The translations under genes were made by a program, and so were the position numbers. Below, one piece after another: positions 26,086 to 37,343 of a stretch of DNA of 64,000 nucleotides (position 1 is its first letter; each line of letters starts with the position of its first letter). The stretch spans positions 682,001-746,000 of the forward strand of contig JAWMAR010000272.1 in NCBI GenBank assembly GCA_036785375.1. The letters are read 5' to 3'. The DNA is from Leucoraja ocellata. Its lineage: Eukaryota. Under the pieces are notes generated by a model. That model worked only from the letters and a program-made list of their open reading frames with translations. It was not told where the DNA came from and ran no database searches.

Positions 26086-26395
26086 CCTGAGCACCTCCCC
26101 CTCTTTGCAGTATTTTGATTTCTTTTTTAAATTGTGATGCCCTCTTCACTCATAAAATCTACCATTTAAATCAAACATTTTGTTTCTCGTCAAAGGCCTA
26201 GACTTTGCAGTATGGCACACGCAAAGCAAACTGCTCACCAAGTTCCAGTGACAGCTGGAACAAAGATGTGATATCATTTAAATTCAGAAGAATTCATGGC
26301 ATCTAGCGGTTGTGCTGCCACTAAACTGACTGAACAACTGATCACATGAATCCTCACAGACATGACATCATAAAGGAACAGCATAATTTTTAATA

Positions 26396-26856
26396 TGTAA
26401 GAAGGAACTGCAGATGCTGGTTTAAACTGAAGATAGACACATAAAGCTGGAGTAACTCAGTGGAACAGGCAGCATCTCTGGAGGGAAGGAATGGGTGATG
26501 TTTCGGTCGAGCATGCGACTCCATGCGGCAAGCGCAACCTAACGTGGTCGCTTGAGCCGTATGGCCTCACGGGGCCGGTCCCACTTTGATCGCCGGAGCC
26601 GTATGGAGTTGTGCGGAGCTGGTCCCAACATCGCGCGGGGCTCCTAAAAACTGACCGTATTCAAAAATTCTACACGGCAACGGCCTGCCGGCCCGCAGCC
26701 GCCTCGACGCTGTACGCACGTCTTGACGCCGTACGTCACACACATAGTCATAGAGAGAATATGTAAACTCCACACACACAGCACCCTGCACCAGGATCAA
26801 ACCCAGGTCTCTGGTGTTGTGAGGCAGCAGTTCTACCAGCTGTGCCACTGTGTCAC
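26396..26856. mobile_element. Composite: Penelope terminal repeat (26396-26510), CpG-rich Harbinger-like MITE fragment (~26511-26740), SINE head on minus strand (~26745-26856)
   Basis: gtaagaaggaactgcagatgctgg... unit; ggggccggtcccactt motif related to the gggcctgtcccactt terminus at 30836; caggatcaaacccaggtctctggtgttgtgaggcagcagttctaccagctgtgccac is a reverse SINE head. Confidence 0.55.
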
Positions 26857-27061
26857 TCTGCCTCAATTCTGCACCATAATTTGATTTTGTAGTGTATTGC
26901 ACATTGATTAATAAAATAAGCAGCATTCATGCCTATTTATCTCCTGAGTGAACGAGGCATCTTGGGGTATATTTTTGTAAGAATGCTGCACATAGAAGGA
27001 GAGGCAGGGGTAAGGGTATTATGGAAATTATGTCGGGGCCTGATCAACCCCGGCTGGGTCG

Positions 27062-27135
27062 CCTGGGTGAGAGTGTCTGATGTTGTGAGACCCAAAACAC
27101 CCGATGACATCAGGTCACATCACTGAGGATGCGTC
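27062..27135 (+). ncRNA. Candidate rearranged hammerhead ribozyme, copy 1 (core G12 mutated to A, probably inactive)
   Basis: GAGUGUC| (27071-27077), UGAUGU, GACCC-AAAAC-ACCC (GAAA changed to AAAA), ACAUCA-CUGAGGA (27117-27129), U-GCGUC. Confidence 0.45.
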
Positions 27136-27594
27136 CCAGCGCGTCTAGAAGATGTATATATTTCACACTGAAGTCGGGCTATGCCAGTGGCATATAGGAA
27201 TAGACTGGGTGACAACCAAGAATAGTTTGGTGACTACTGGAGAGATAGTTGACGGTACGGAAAGATGGCACCTGGGACAGGCTGGGTTAGCACCCCAGTC
27301 TGTGCCTTTCGTGAGAAAGACACCCAATAAAGCTACAGAAAGGTCTTATGAATTACCTTGGCTTAAAAATCCATCAGGCGAGAAGAATGCGCGGAGAAGG
27401 AGAAAGAGGTGCAGCGCACAAGCCTTGAACCTGGTGAGACGCAGGAGGAGCCCGGTCAGGACTCACCCCACAGAGCCCAGTCCCTCCACACACTAGAGTC
27501 TCCCAACCCCTGCAGAGTAGTTATTAAGAGGGCTGATCCTTGGGCGGATGCTGCTGGGACGCAAGTCGGGGCCTGATCAGTCCCGGCAGGGTAA

Positions 27595-27668
27595 CCTGGG
27601 CGAGGGTGTCTGATGTTGTGAGACCCGAAACATCCGATGACCCCAGGTCACATCACTGAGGATGCATC
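27595..27668 (+). ncRNA. Candidate rearranged (non-circularly permuted) hammerhead ribozyme with k-turn, copy 2
   Basis: Stem III GGGUGU(27604-09)/ACAUCC(27630-35); cleavage triplet GUC| at 27610; stem I UGAUGU(27611-16)/ACAUCA(27650-55); CUGAGGA 27656-62; CGAAA 27626-30; weak stem II GACCC/GCAUC; k-turn CCUGGG-C-GA / GAU-GA-C-CCCAGG. Confidence 0.55.
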
Positions 27669-28549
27669 CCAGCGCATCTAGAAGATGTATATTTTTCACA
27701 CAGTAATTATAGAAATTGTCCAACCACGTTCAATACAAATTGTATGTTTAGCTTGGAAAAGATAACTTTCAAGCCTATCTATACTATATTTGCTTTAAGG
27801 TTATTACATAACCTTTATATTCCCTTTTTCTAGATTCCTCAGCTAAATCCTAGACAATATCAGGTCTTCCTGATTGAAACACCGATCAATAGAGACCAAT
27901 CAATGTGCTATTTACTATTGTCGCTGCTTGCAGAATTGGTGGGGGGGGTTTCCTGTGCCCTTTAAATTGGACCCTCTTTTGCAGATTGAATGGTACTCGT
28001 TGTGCAAAAAACACTATTTTATTCCTATTGCATGTTTCCACATTATGGGCCACTGTATATCTTCTTTTTCCAATCGGTTTGTAAATTATTTTCACTTACT
28101 TTGCCAGCTCATTATCACACCTAGCTATGTATCATAAACAAATGGAATATGTAACTAATTCATATAAATTGTAAACAGCAGAGGGCCAATGAGTGATCCC
28201 AGCCTATTGACCTGAATTACTCATGCTTTTCTGCTCTGCTGAAAACCAAATTTTCACCCATACCCCTCGAACCCTGACAATGCAATGTAATACCTTTAGA
28301 AAGTCCAGAGATATTACATCTTTTGACTTTCCTCTTATCAACTCTGCAGGCATTATTTGCAAATGCTCTATTAGATTTGTCTAATATCATGTTGTAAACA
28401 CAGCAATACATGCAGCATCTGAGAAGAGAAACAGACCTGCTTCAGTCTGAACACTGTTCCTCAGATCAATTTCTGATTGAGGGTCTTTGACCTGAAACAT
28501 TCCCTATGTTTCCTATGACCTACTCTGTTTACAGCTGCTTCTGTCATTA

Positions 28550-28975
28550 TTTCACTGGAATTTAGAAGGATGAGAGGGAATCTTATGGAAACATACAAAA
28601 TTATTAAGGGATTGGACATGCTAGATGCAGGAAACTGTTTCCGATATTGGGGGAGTCCAGAACCAGGGGCCACAGTTTCAGAATAAGGGGTAGGCCATTT
28701 GCAACTGAGATGAAGAAAAACTTTTTAACAGAAAGAGTTGTGAATTTGTGGAATTCTCTGCCTCAGAAGGCAGTGGAGGCCGATTCACTGAATGCATTCA
28801 AAAGAGAGCAAGATAGAGCTCTCAGGGCTAGCAGAACCAAGGAGTATGGGGAGAAGGCAGGAACTGGGTACTGATTGCGGATGATCAGCCATGATCACAT
28901 TGACTGGTGGTGCTGGCTCGAAGGGCCAAATGGCCTACTCCAGCATCTATTGTCTATGTATCTATGTATTTTAGA
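28550..28975 (+). mobile_element. Young CR1 (HER1-like) LINE 3' fragment
   Basis: LEFRRMRGNLMETYKII...GESRTRGHSFRIRGRPFATEMKKNFLTERVVNLWNSLPQKAVEA; tail ctcgaagggccaaatggcctactcc...tctatgtatctatgt. Confidence 0.9.
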
Positions 28976-30741
28976 TAGAAACATAGAAAATTCAGGTTCT
29001 TTTGATCTATCTTCAATTTCCTTTGGTTGTGGATACATGATAAGTGGCAACTTGGTAACTGTGTCTCAGTGGTACATTTGGGAGGACAAGGAAAGTACGT
29101 CCTTGTACCAATTTGGCATCATTAATGCCCAATTTCTTAACAAATAACATCATTGTGTATCAGATACGTCCTCATAGGTGTAAGGGAAGGTAACCCAAAA
29201 AATATTCAATTTATTAATTTTGATGTTCAACATTTAAAGAGGTTAATTCCATGGCATTTGCAAATAATTTGCAGCAAAAACTTGGGAAGCCAACTGTTGA
29301 TGTCAAACACTGGTTACCACATGCTATGAATAGGCCTGAAGTGAATTTGCTGTGGTATGCTAAATATGACCTTCCAAAAGCATAGATATGTATGCTGATA
29401 ATTCACTGTTAGGTTGTCAGCAGCTCTATCACTATCATGGGTCATTAAAGACAATGGGACGGCCATGAACATGTATAACATTGTGCTAATTCCAGCCAAT
29501 AAATCAAATATTAACTGCATAAAAACATGATAAAAATTGACCAGCTCCCCTTTTAGATTTTTGTGACAGAAACAAAATGTTTATTACATTTATTATTTTG
29601 GCTTGCGATCAAAACTTTCATTTTGCCGTTAAGATTTGTTATGAGTTTAAAAACAAACTTAAACTGAGTGTAGATGTTCCAATTATATTAGCATAATAGT
29701 TATTATCCATCCAACGTACAAAACATTCGTAAATATATAAAGATAAATTTGTAACAAATGTTGTTTATGACTACCAAGAATCTTGAAAATAATGTAGTTA
29801 AAACGAATCATTAATGGTTATGCTAGCAACCAACCAGCACACACATTCATCAATGTATTTACACATAGTGAAAATTTGTTCTACTTTGTTGATCTTTCTT
29901 TCAATTTTGCAATCAATTGCCATTAAATGTTTGGAAAAAAATCACAATTAAAGATTATACTACAGCAATATTCTGTAAAATGAATATAAAATGATGTTAC
30001 TTCATTATATTTTAGCATAATAAATCCAGCCAATTGTGCAAACATCGCACACTCTTTGTCTATTTTTCAAACATACTTTTAATAATCAACTCATACCATG
30101 GCTGCCCTTTTATCCTGAGCCATCAACATGTCAGGGCTATATCTGCATGTTTGAATGGCAGAAATCAATTTGAGGTTGGGCACCTTCTATGCTTTACCAA
30201 AGTTCAAATTTTCTTAAGATAAACCGAGCTATTCCAACATGTGGTTCCTCCCCACACCTCACAGGAGTGCAGTAGCTTTACTGAGACTAAGGCTTGAGAT
30301 TAAAGGTGTTGATTAAAGTTAAAGATAGCATTACCTGAACACAAAAATGAAAATTAAGATGTTGTATTTGTATATGACAGGAACTTCTAGCTTGATTATA
30401 GCACAGCCCATCTCGACTTCCCTGATATACCAACATGTTACCTCAGAACTTCACTCTGCATTTCCCTGTCTTGCACATTGAAGGACTGTTAAAAGTCTGC
30501 AGCATGGGGAATCGATCTGTTATTTCTGGTAAATCAAACTGTCCGCAACTACTACCTCAATCGGATCTTATCTAACACACCACTGGGTGCACAATTGTTT
30601 CTGACAGGTTGTGAAGTTTTAATAGTTCATTCACCGACTGAGATGATGCAATGGCAGAGAGAGAGTTAATCATTTTCATTTATCACAAATCCAAGCTGGG
30701 AATTTGCTGTCAAGAATGCAGATAACTGTCTGGTGAACTAA

Positions 30742-31140
30742 AGATAGACACAGAAAGCTGGAGTAACTCTGGCAGCACCTCTGGAGAAAAGGAATAGGTG
30801 ACGTTTCGGGTCAAAACTCTTCTTTGGAGGTTAAAGGGCCTGTCCCACTTTTGCGATATTTTCGGCGACTGCCAGAGACTGTCACAGTCGCTGAAAAAGT
30901 GACGACTGGACCCCCCTATGTCAATGTCTACAACAACCTACCACCTAGTCGACATTTCGTTGTATCTGTACTGCACACTGACAATGACAATTAAAGTTGA
31001 ATCTGAATCTGAATCTGATCTGATTAAGCTACCGCAAGCCACCGACAACCAGCGACTCAGGACGTCCACCTACAACCACACCTACGACAACCTACGCCCA
31101 CACAGGTGACAACCTACGACAACCTAAGTTAACCTACGTC
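30742..31140 (+). mobile_element. Penelope terminal repeat followed by Harbinger-like MITE (starts taaagggcctgtcccactt at ~30832) with acaacctacgac subrepeats, interrupted by a LINE tail ending (gaatct)n
   Basis: Motifs read directly; (gaatct)3 at ~30999-31016. Confidence 0.55.
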
Positions 31141-31385
31141 CTTTGGAGTTCTTAGTGTTCAATAGAATGATGGTTGTTGGGAAGAATCTGTTCCTGAACC
31201 AGGACATTTACAGTTTTCCGGCTTTTCATACCTTCTTGGTGGCAGGAGTGAAATTAGAGTTTGGCCAGGGTGGTATGGGTTGTTGATGACGCTGGCTGCC
31301 TTTGTGAGGCACGCCTCCCATAGATTCCTTTGATGGTGGGGAGGTCAGCATCCGTGATTGACTGGGTAGAGTTCACCACCTTTTG
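31140..31385 (-). mobile_element. Rex1/Babar-type LINE 3' fragment
   Basis: Reverse complement of caccctggccaaactc...ccaccaagaaggtatg...tcctggttcaggaacagattcttcccaacaacc. Confidence 0.7.
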
Positions 31386-34300
31386 TGAACCATAAATTGT
31401 AAATGTTTGGGGCCACTCCAGTAAGACGATTGCCTGGCTAGACTCTCTTCCCACATTTTCCCCTGTCTCTATGGTAGCCTTTTATGATGCTTTGGCCTGG
31501 TTGGCATGGTACATGGTCATTCGAAGGCGAAGGCAAACGCAAGGCAACTATTGGCAACAATTTGTTTGGGAGCTGTTATCAGGAACTGCACAGGTGATGT
31601 TTTACCAATGCCGTTATGCAGAGGAACCTTACAGTGTTGCTCTGTCAACAGTGCAATTGAAGTTTGAGCCCTTTGCATAACATTCCCAAATGGCACAAAG
31701 TTGCATCAACATCACCAAATGGGGTTCATCAGAAATTTCCCTTTGCTGGGAAACATGTTGTAACTCTAATTTGCCTGCAATTCATTGTCCGGCACACTAA
31801 AAATAATTGGCCAACGCAATAAGATCAGTACAGTGGTACAGTAGTAGGAGAACACCACCATCGGCAAATTGTGATCCAAACTAGAATTGGAAATATATTG
31901 CCGTTTCTTAATTGTCACTGCATTAAAATACTATACCTCTCTCCATAGCAGCATTATTGGTATATCCACTCCATAAAGACAGCAGGCGTTCAAGAGGCAG
32001 TTCATAACCACCTTCTCAAGGGCAATAAAGGTGGGCAATTAAATAGTGGCTCACACCGCAAAGCCCACATTTCTTGAATGAATTTTTTAAAAGCCTAGCT
32101 ACCGCCTCACAGCTCCATCAACCCAGGTTCGATCCTGCCTTCAGTACTGCATTTTCCTCTCACATCCCAAAGACACACTAAGGTGGGTTAACTGGTTACG
32201 GTAAATTGCCCCTAAATGAGAGGTAGAATCTGGAGATAGTTGATGGGAATCTGGAGAGTATAGAGTGGGATAATGCAAACGGGTGCTTGAAGGGTCACAA
32301 TAGACTTTTGTGGCCTGAAGAGCCTGTTTGCATGTTGTATGACTCTTCTGATTGGTGTCAAAAGATACTCCACAACATCAGTGACAAAATGTTGGCCTGT
32401 CAAGGAGAAGGAAATCTCATTTCATCTTTACTCCTCCCCAGCAAAAAAAAAACAAATGTCATAGTAAATCCCAGTATGTTGTTAAGAGTAGAATAACCAT
32501 AGCCTTAAAGCTCTGTAATTGCATTTAGGCGACTCCCCTCTGAAATTGAGCCTGCAGTGTAAACAGGAAATAAACGAAATTAAAGAGCCCGTTTGAATTA
32601 ACCTGGTGAGGCTGAGTTTCTATGTGAATACATTCATTCAGTATGAAGAAACAAATCCAAAGGCCTTGTTTAAAGTCTATGAATGCACTGGAAAAGGTCT
32701 ATTTTTTTAATTAATGGCACTGCCGAGAACCAAGCTACAGATCTCAAGGGTCAACAATATACCAAGTACATAAAAATTCTCCTCACAGAATTGTGGAAAC
32801 TGTTACGCTTTTCATGCTATGAATTTTGCTGGTGGTACGAACACTGACAGCTTTGTTTTAAAAATGTTCGATTCAGGGCTGCCATAAGTTTCTTCCCCAC
32901 TTCCTTGGTTTGCTGGACGTTGCCGCATAACCTGCTCTCATCACCAATGATGAAGAAAACCAGAAGATGACAAAATAATTTATTGTTCGCAAACATATCC
33001 ATTTCTCAAAAGAACCAAATCAGGTTGTAACTGGGGACCTAACTTTAACATTATCATGGAGATACACAATTAATTCAAATGTAGGTGACTGTCTGGAGAG
33101 TTAATTAGCAAAATTGTGCTCTGGCAACTCCACTTTTTTGTCTTCAACTTGTAATCTTCTAGTAACTTAATTTACACCAGTCCTGTTTACTCATAATGTC
33201 TCCTGGTGTGACAATATGTCAATATTCAAATTATCACCCTTGGTTTTAAGTCACAGTTCCCTTGCCCCATAACAAGTTGAGAGGGTAGATATTTAAGATG
33301 GACCTCAGATACAATTATTTCACTCAGAGGACAGTTGGGACCTGGAATGAGCTGCCAGAGGTAGCTATAGAAATAGAGACCTTCGGACAGATATATGGAT
33401 GGGAAGGATTTAGAGGGATATGGGCCAAATGCCGGCAAGTGGCACCAGTGCAAAATGCCCAGTTGGTCGGCATGGACCAGGTGGGACGAAGGTCCTGTTT
33501 CTATGCTGTACAGCTCTGTGACAATATAATAATGGCTACTGCCCTCTTATTGCTTTGCTGTAAGGTTTGGAATTCCCTCTCTTTCTACTAGGTTTGCTGC
33601 TTTAAAATGTTCCTCTAAACTTAGCTCATTGATTAAGTTTTTCATCACCTATCCATTCGTGGCTCAGTAACAATTATGTTTTACTAGTCATCCATGTGAA
33701 ATGACACAAACTTCTTTTGATATACGAATGGGAGGTTGTTGTTCCAAAGTACATTCAAAAAGAGGGGACAATAAATTCCTACAGACAGTGCCACATTTTT
33801 TATGTGCCATGCAAATGAGTTTAATCTCCTTTGTCTGCTCTTCGACGGATTCAGCTGAGGACAGCGGAAACACTGCCAGCCACGTGCACTGATGTCAAGT
33901 TGTGTGCAACACATAATTTGGCAACAGCAGTTGTGCATATGGAGCGTACACATTCTATAACTCACTCATACCAAAGCAGGCCTTAGCTGCAGTCCGTTTT
34001 GCTGTTAATTAACAGAGATTGAGCTGACTTGCTCTCCTCTTATGAAATCAAATCCATGGTTTAATAGCTCAGTATGCATTCCCTTAAAAGATCCCTCAGC
34101 CCAGTCACTGCTAGTGTCCTTCCCTTCTCCATTGCTAAACTCTGAAACAACTGCATGTCCTACTTCTTTGAACTTCATTAAAGAAGATATATGGGACAAG
34201 TTTTTTTTATACTGAGGGGTGTGGGTGCCTGGGATGCATTGTCAAGGGTGGTACGGTGGAGGCAGATATGACAGTGGTGGTTAATATGATTTTAGATAGA

Positions 34301-35519
34301 AACAGGGAATGGAGGGATATGGATCATGTGCAAGCAGATGAGATAAACTTATCTTGGGATCAAGTTCAGAACAAACATTGCAGGCTGAAGGGCATGTTTC
34401 TGTGCTGCACTCCTCTATGTTTTGGGTTCCATAATAAAGCAAACGCTATTTTTGATCGTAATTGCTAATAAATTGGGACTCACAACACCAAAAGAAAAAG
34501 GCACTTTATGACTGAATGCCTAAGTTTTTATGAGCCCAACAATGAAAAAAGTCAACTGCAATTAATTACAAGATGAAAAACTGTTTGTCATTATTAGTTG
34601 TTTTCAAATAAACAATATATCTAGGTTTTAACACATGATCAGTTCACAGATCTCACTGCAAGAGGCCAAAAGTTTGAGTAAAGGTCCTCTGCCGACATCC
34701 GCATCCCCCCCCCCCCCCCCACCTCCTTTCACGCACACCTTACTTTCTACTCCCCGGCCCTGTCATCCAGTTCCTTCCCCCTCCTACATCTCCTCATCAC
34801 CCAAACCTCCCTACTCTGGGTGCCCCATTTATCTTCCCTTCCTCTGTTCTCTTCTACCCATCATCCCTCTCACTGGTTCTACATTTCACTCCCGTTCTTC
34901 CTTTCTCATCAGATTCCACCATTTATACCCTTTTGTCTTCTTCACTTATCACCTCCAGCCTTGGTTACCATCTCACCCCTTGGATCCCCCACTTGACTCA
35001 CCTGTCAATCCATCCCTTCTATCCTCGATCCACCTATCACTTGCCAGCTCTTGCTCCAATTGCTTTCGCAATGTAAACATGAGGTGCCTTTTCCTTCGGA
35101 TGTGTTGGGTAATTACAATCATAAAATTGTGATTGCTTCACCTCAATTAATGAACAATTCTCATTTTGAGGGACAAGGTCGCTGATGTAAAACTGGCTAA
35201 TCCACATTTTGAGGGACAAAATCTAGTTTACATTTTTTTTTAACAAAGTTGCATTCGGCAATTGATACTGAATTTACAAAGAATAAGTGTTGAGCAAAAG
35301 TTTACTTGGCTAGTTTTACAGCCAGTAATGGTGTCATGTCTTCTGCCATTGAACTGGTTCATTCTTTTATGGCCTTGTGTGTTAAGGGATTAATTTGATT
35401 TTGTATTATGTCACTGTTTTCCTGTAGTTTCAGCATGGAAACAGGCCCTTTGGCCCATCGAGTCAACACTGATCGAGTCATCACCCATCAACATGCTATC
35501 TCTATGTTATCTGATTGCC

Positions 35520-36040
35520 TGCACAATTTCCATTTCCGCTCCATCCAAGACCGCAAGAAATTGCAAAGAATTGTGGATGCAGCCCAGACGATCACGCAAA
35601 TCAACCTCCCTTCCATTGATTCCATCTACATTTCAAGCTGCCTCTGCAAGGCCACCAGCATAATCAAGGACGAGTCTCGCCAGATACTCCCTCTTCTCTC
35701 CTCTTCCATCATGCATGAGATGCAAAAGTGTGAAAACACACACCTCCAGATTGAGTGACAGTTTCTTCCCAGCTGTTATCAGGCAACTGAACCATCCTAT
35801 CACCAACTAGAGAGTGGTCCAGGCCTACCAGCTACCTCATTGGAAACCCTCGGACTATCTTTAATCGGACTTTACTGGACCTTATCTTGCACTAAATATT
35901 ATTCCCTTTATCCTGTGTCTGTACACTCCGACAGCTTGATTGTAACCATGTATATATTTTTCCGCTGACTGGATAGCACGCACCAAAAAGCTTTTCATTG
36001 TACCTCAGAACACGTGACAATAAACTGAACCAAACTAAAC
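35520..36040 (+). mobile_element. Rex1/Babar-type LINE 3' fragment
   Basis: SIQDRKKLQRIVDAAQTITQINLPSIDSIYISSCLCKATSIIKDES; tail ...cacgtgacaataaactgaaccaaactaaac. Confidence 0.8.
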
Positions 36041-36829
36041 ATATCATATAAAGTTCTGATGAATGAATAAAAATGGTGAAACAGGCACATTCTTTTACAT
36101 CAGCAAAACCAAACAAGGTAAGAGATTGAAAAAAAGATTCCCCTGACCCCCACATAAAACAAACCAAAGAACACTAAAACATTCTCTTTAACAGTACTTA
36201 AAATAACAAAACAGAAGAAAGGACAGACAGACCGTTGGCAAAGCAGCCATTGCCGGCACCACCCGATGGCACCTTCTTGTCTCCTTTTCACCGGTAACCT
36301 TTGTCATTTACTCCACCCATCTTTCAATCACCCCCACCCCCCACTCACCTGTATCATCCTATCACTTGCCCCACCCTCACTTCTATTTTCAAGCTTTCTT
36401 CCCCCCTACTCCAACAGTCTAAAGAAGAGTCCCAATGTCATCTGTCAATTCCCTCCATAGATGCTGCTTGATCTGTTGAGTTTCTCCTTTGAGTTGTTTT
36501 TTGCTCAAGATTCCAGCATCTGCTGTTTCTTGTGTCATGTTCTTTGGACACGATATAAAGAGTCCATGCCATGCACAAACATAAATTAATTATTTTAGTG
36601 ATTGTTGTTGAGAGTGTGAGGTGAAAATCAGAATGTGTGTGGTTTTTGATTATTGTACATGCATTACTCACTTGATTATGAAAGATTGGTAGAAGTTTGT
36701 GAGGCAAATACATGCATGCAAAATATATTTAATACAGGAAATTAGTTAATGCTGGGCGTTTTCAGACACAGGTAGCCACTGATGTTTCACTCTTGACACA
36801 CCGGTGATTTCATTTGAAGTAGACCTAGA

Positions 36830-37343
36830 CTTTAGACTTCAGAGATACTGCGTGGAAACAGGCCCTTCACCCTACCGAGTTTGAGTGGAGCAACAATCAC
36901 CCAGTACACTGACACTATCCTACACACTAGGAAAAATTTACAATTTTACCAAAGCCAATTAACCTATAATACTATTAACCTATAAACCTGTACATCTTTA
37001 GAGTGTGGGAGGAATCCGAAGCACACAGAAAAAACCCACACAGTCCCAGGATGAACATACAGACAGCACGGCAGTCAGGATCGAACCTGGGTCCCTGGCA
37101 GCAACTCTACCGCTGCGTGACTGTGCCACGCTGTGTGCTGTATCTTTTGATCAGCTGAAAGCACTGAAAACTTGATGTATTTCCAAAGACGTACAGGTTT
37201 GTAGGCTAATTGTCTTGGTATCATTGTAAATTAGCTTTAATGTGTAGGTTAGAGTTAGTGTGTGGGGATCGCTAGTCGGTGCGGACTCGGTGAGCCAAAA
37301 TACCTGTTTCCACGTTGTGTCTCCAAACTAAACAAAACTAAAC
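36830..37343. mobile_element. Two adjacent HE1/V-SINE-type copies in opposite orientation (36830-37128 minus; 37183-37343 plus, 3' part only)
   Basis: gcgtggaaacaggcccttc...gtcaggatcgaacctgggtcc...ctctaccgctgcg, then ccaaagacgtacaggtttgtagg...ccaaactaaacaaaactaaact. Confidence 0.8.

Larger units (their letters stand above)
27032..27701 (+). mobile_element. Non-autonomous, internally deleted HERO-like (RLE/R2-group) non-LTR retroelement with 137-bp terminal direct repeats
   Basis: Direct repeats 27032-27168 and 27565-27701 are seen directly. Internal remnants are NYLGLKIHQAR (zinc-finger half, 27351-27383) and ...PGETQEEPGQDSPHRAQSLH...|IKRADPWADAAGTQVGA* (27388-27576), which I recognise from memory as N- and C-terminal HERO-type ORF segments. 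Imperfect TSD gtattatggaaatt (27016-27029) / gtaattatagaaatt (27703-27717). Confidence 0.7.

Noticed and set aside
27032-27701. Interpretation as an LTR retrotransposon or TRIM
   Set aside because: No recognisable primer-binding site or polypurine tract next to the repeats, the repeat includes the ORF stop codon, and the internal peptides resemble a non-LTR (HERO-type) ORF.
30925-31140. Short acaacctacgac repeats resembling an array
   Set aside because: Irregular internal subrepeats of a MITE in a vertebrate genome; no constant repeat-spacer period, so not CRISPR.
34635-35132. 165-aa proline/serine-rich ORF
   Set aside because: Pyrimidine-rich, poly-C low-complexity tract resembling a Penelope 3' UTR; not a gene.
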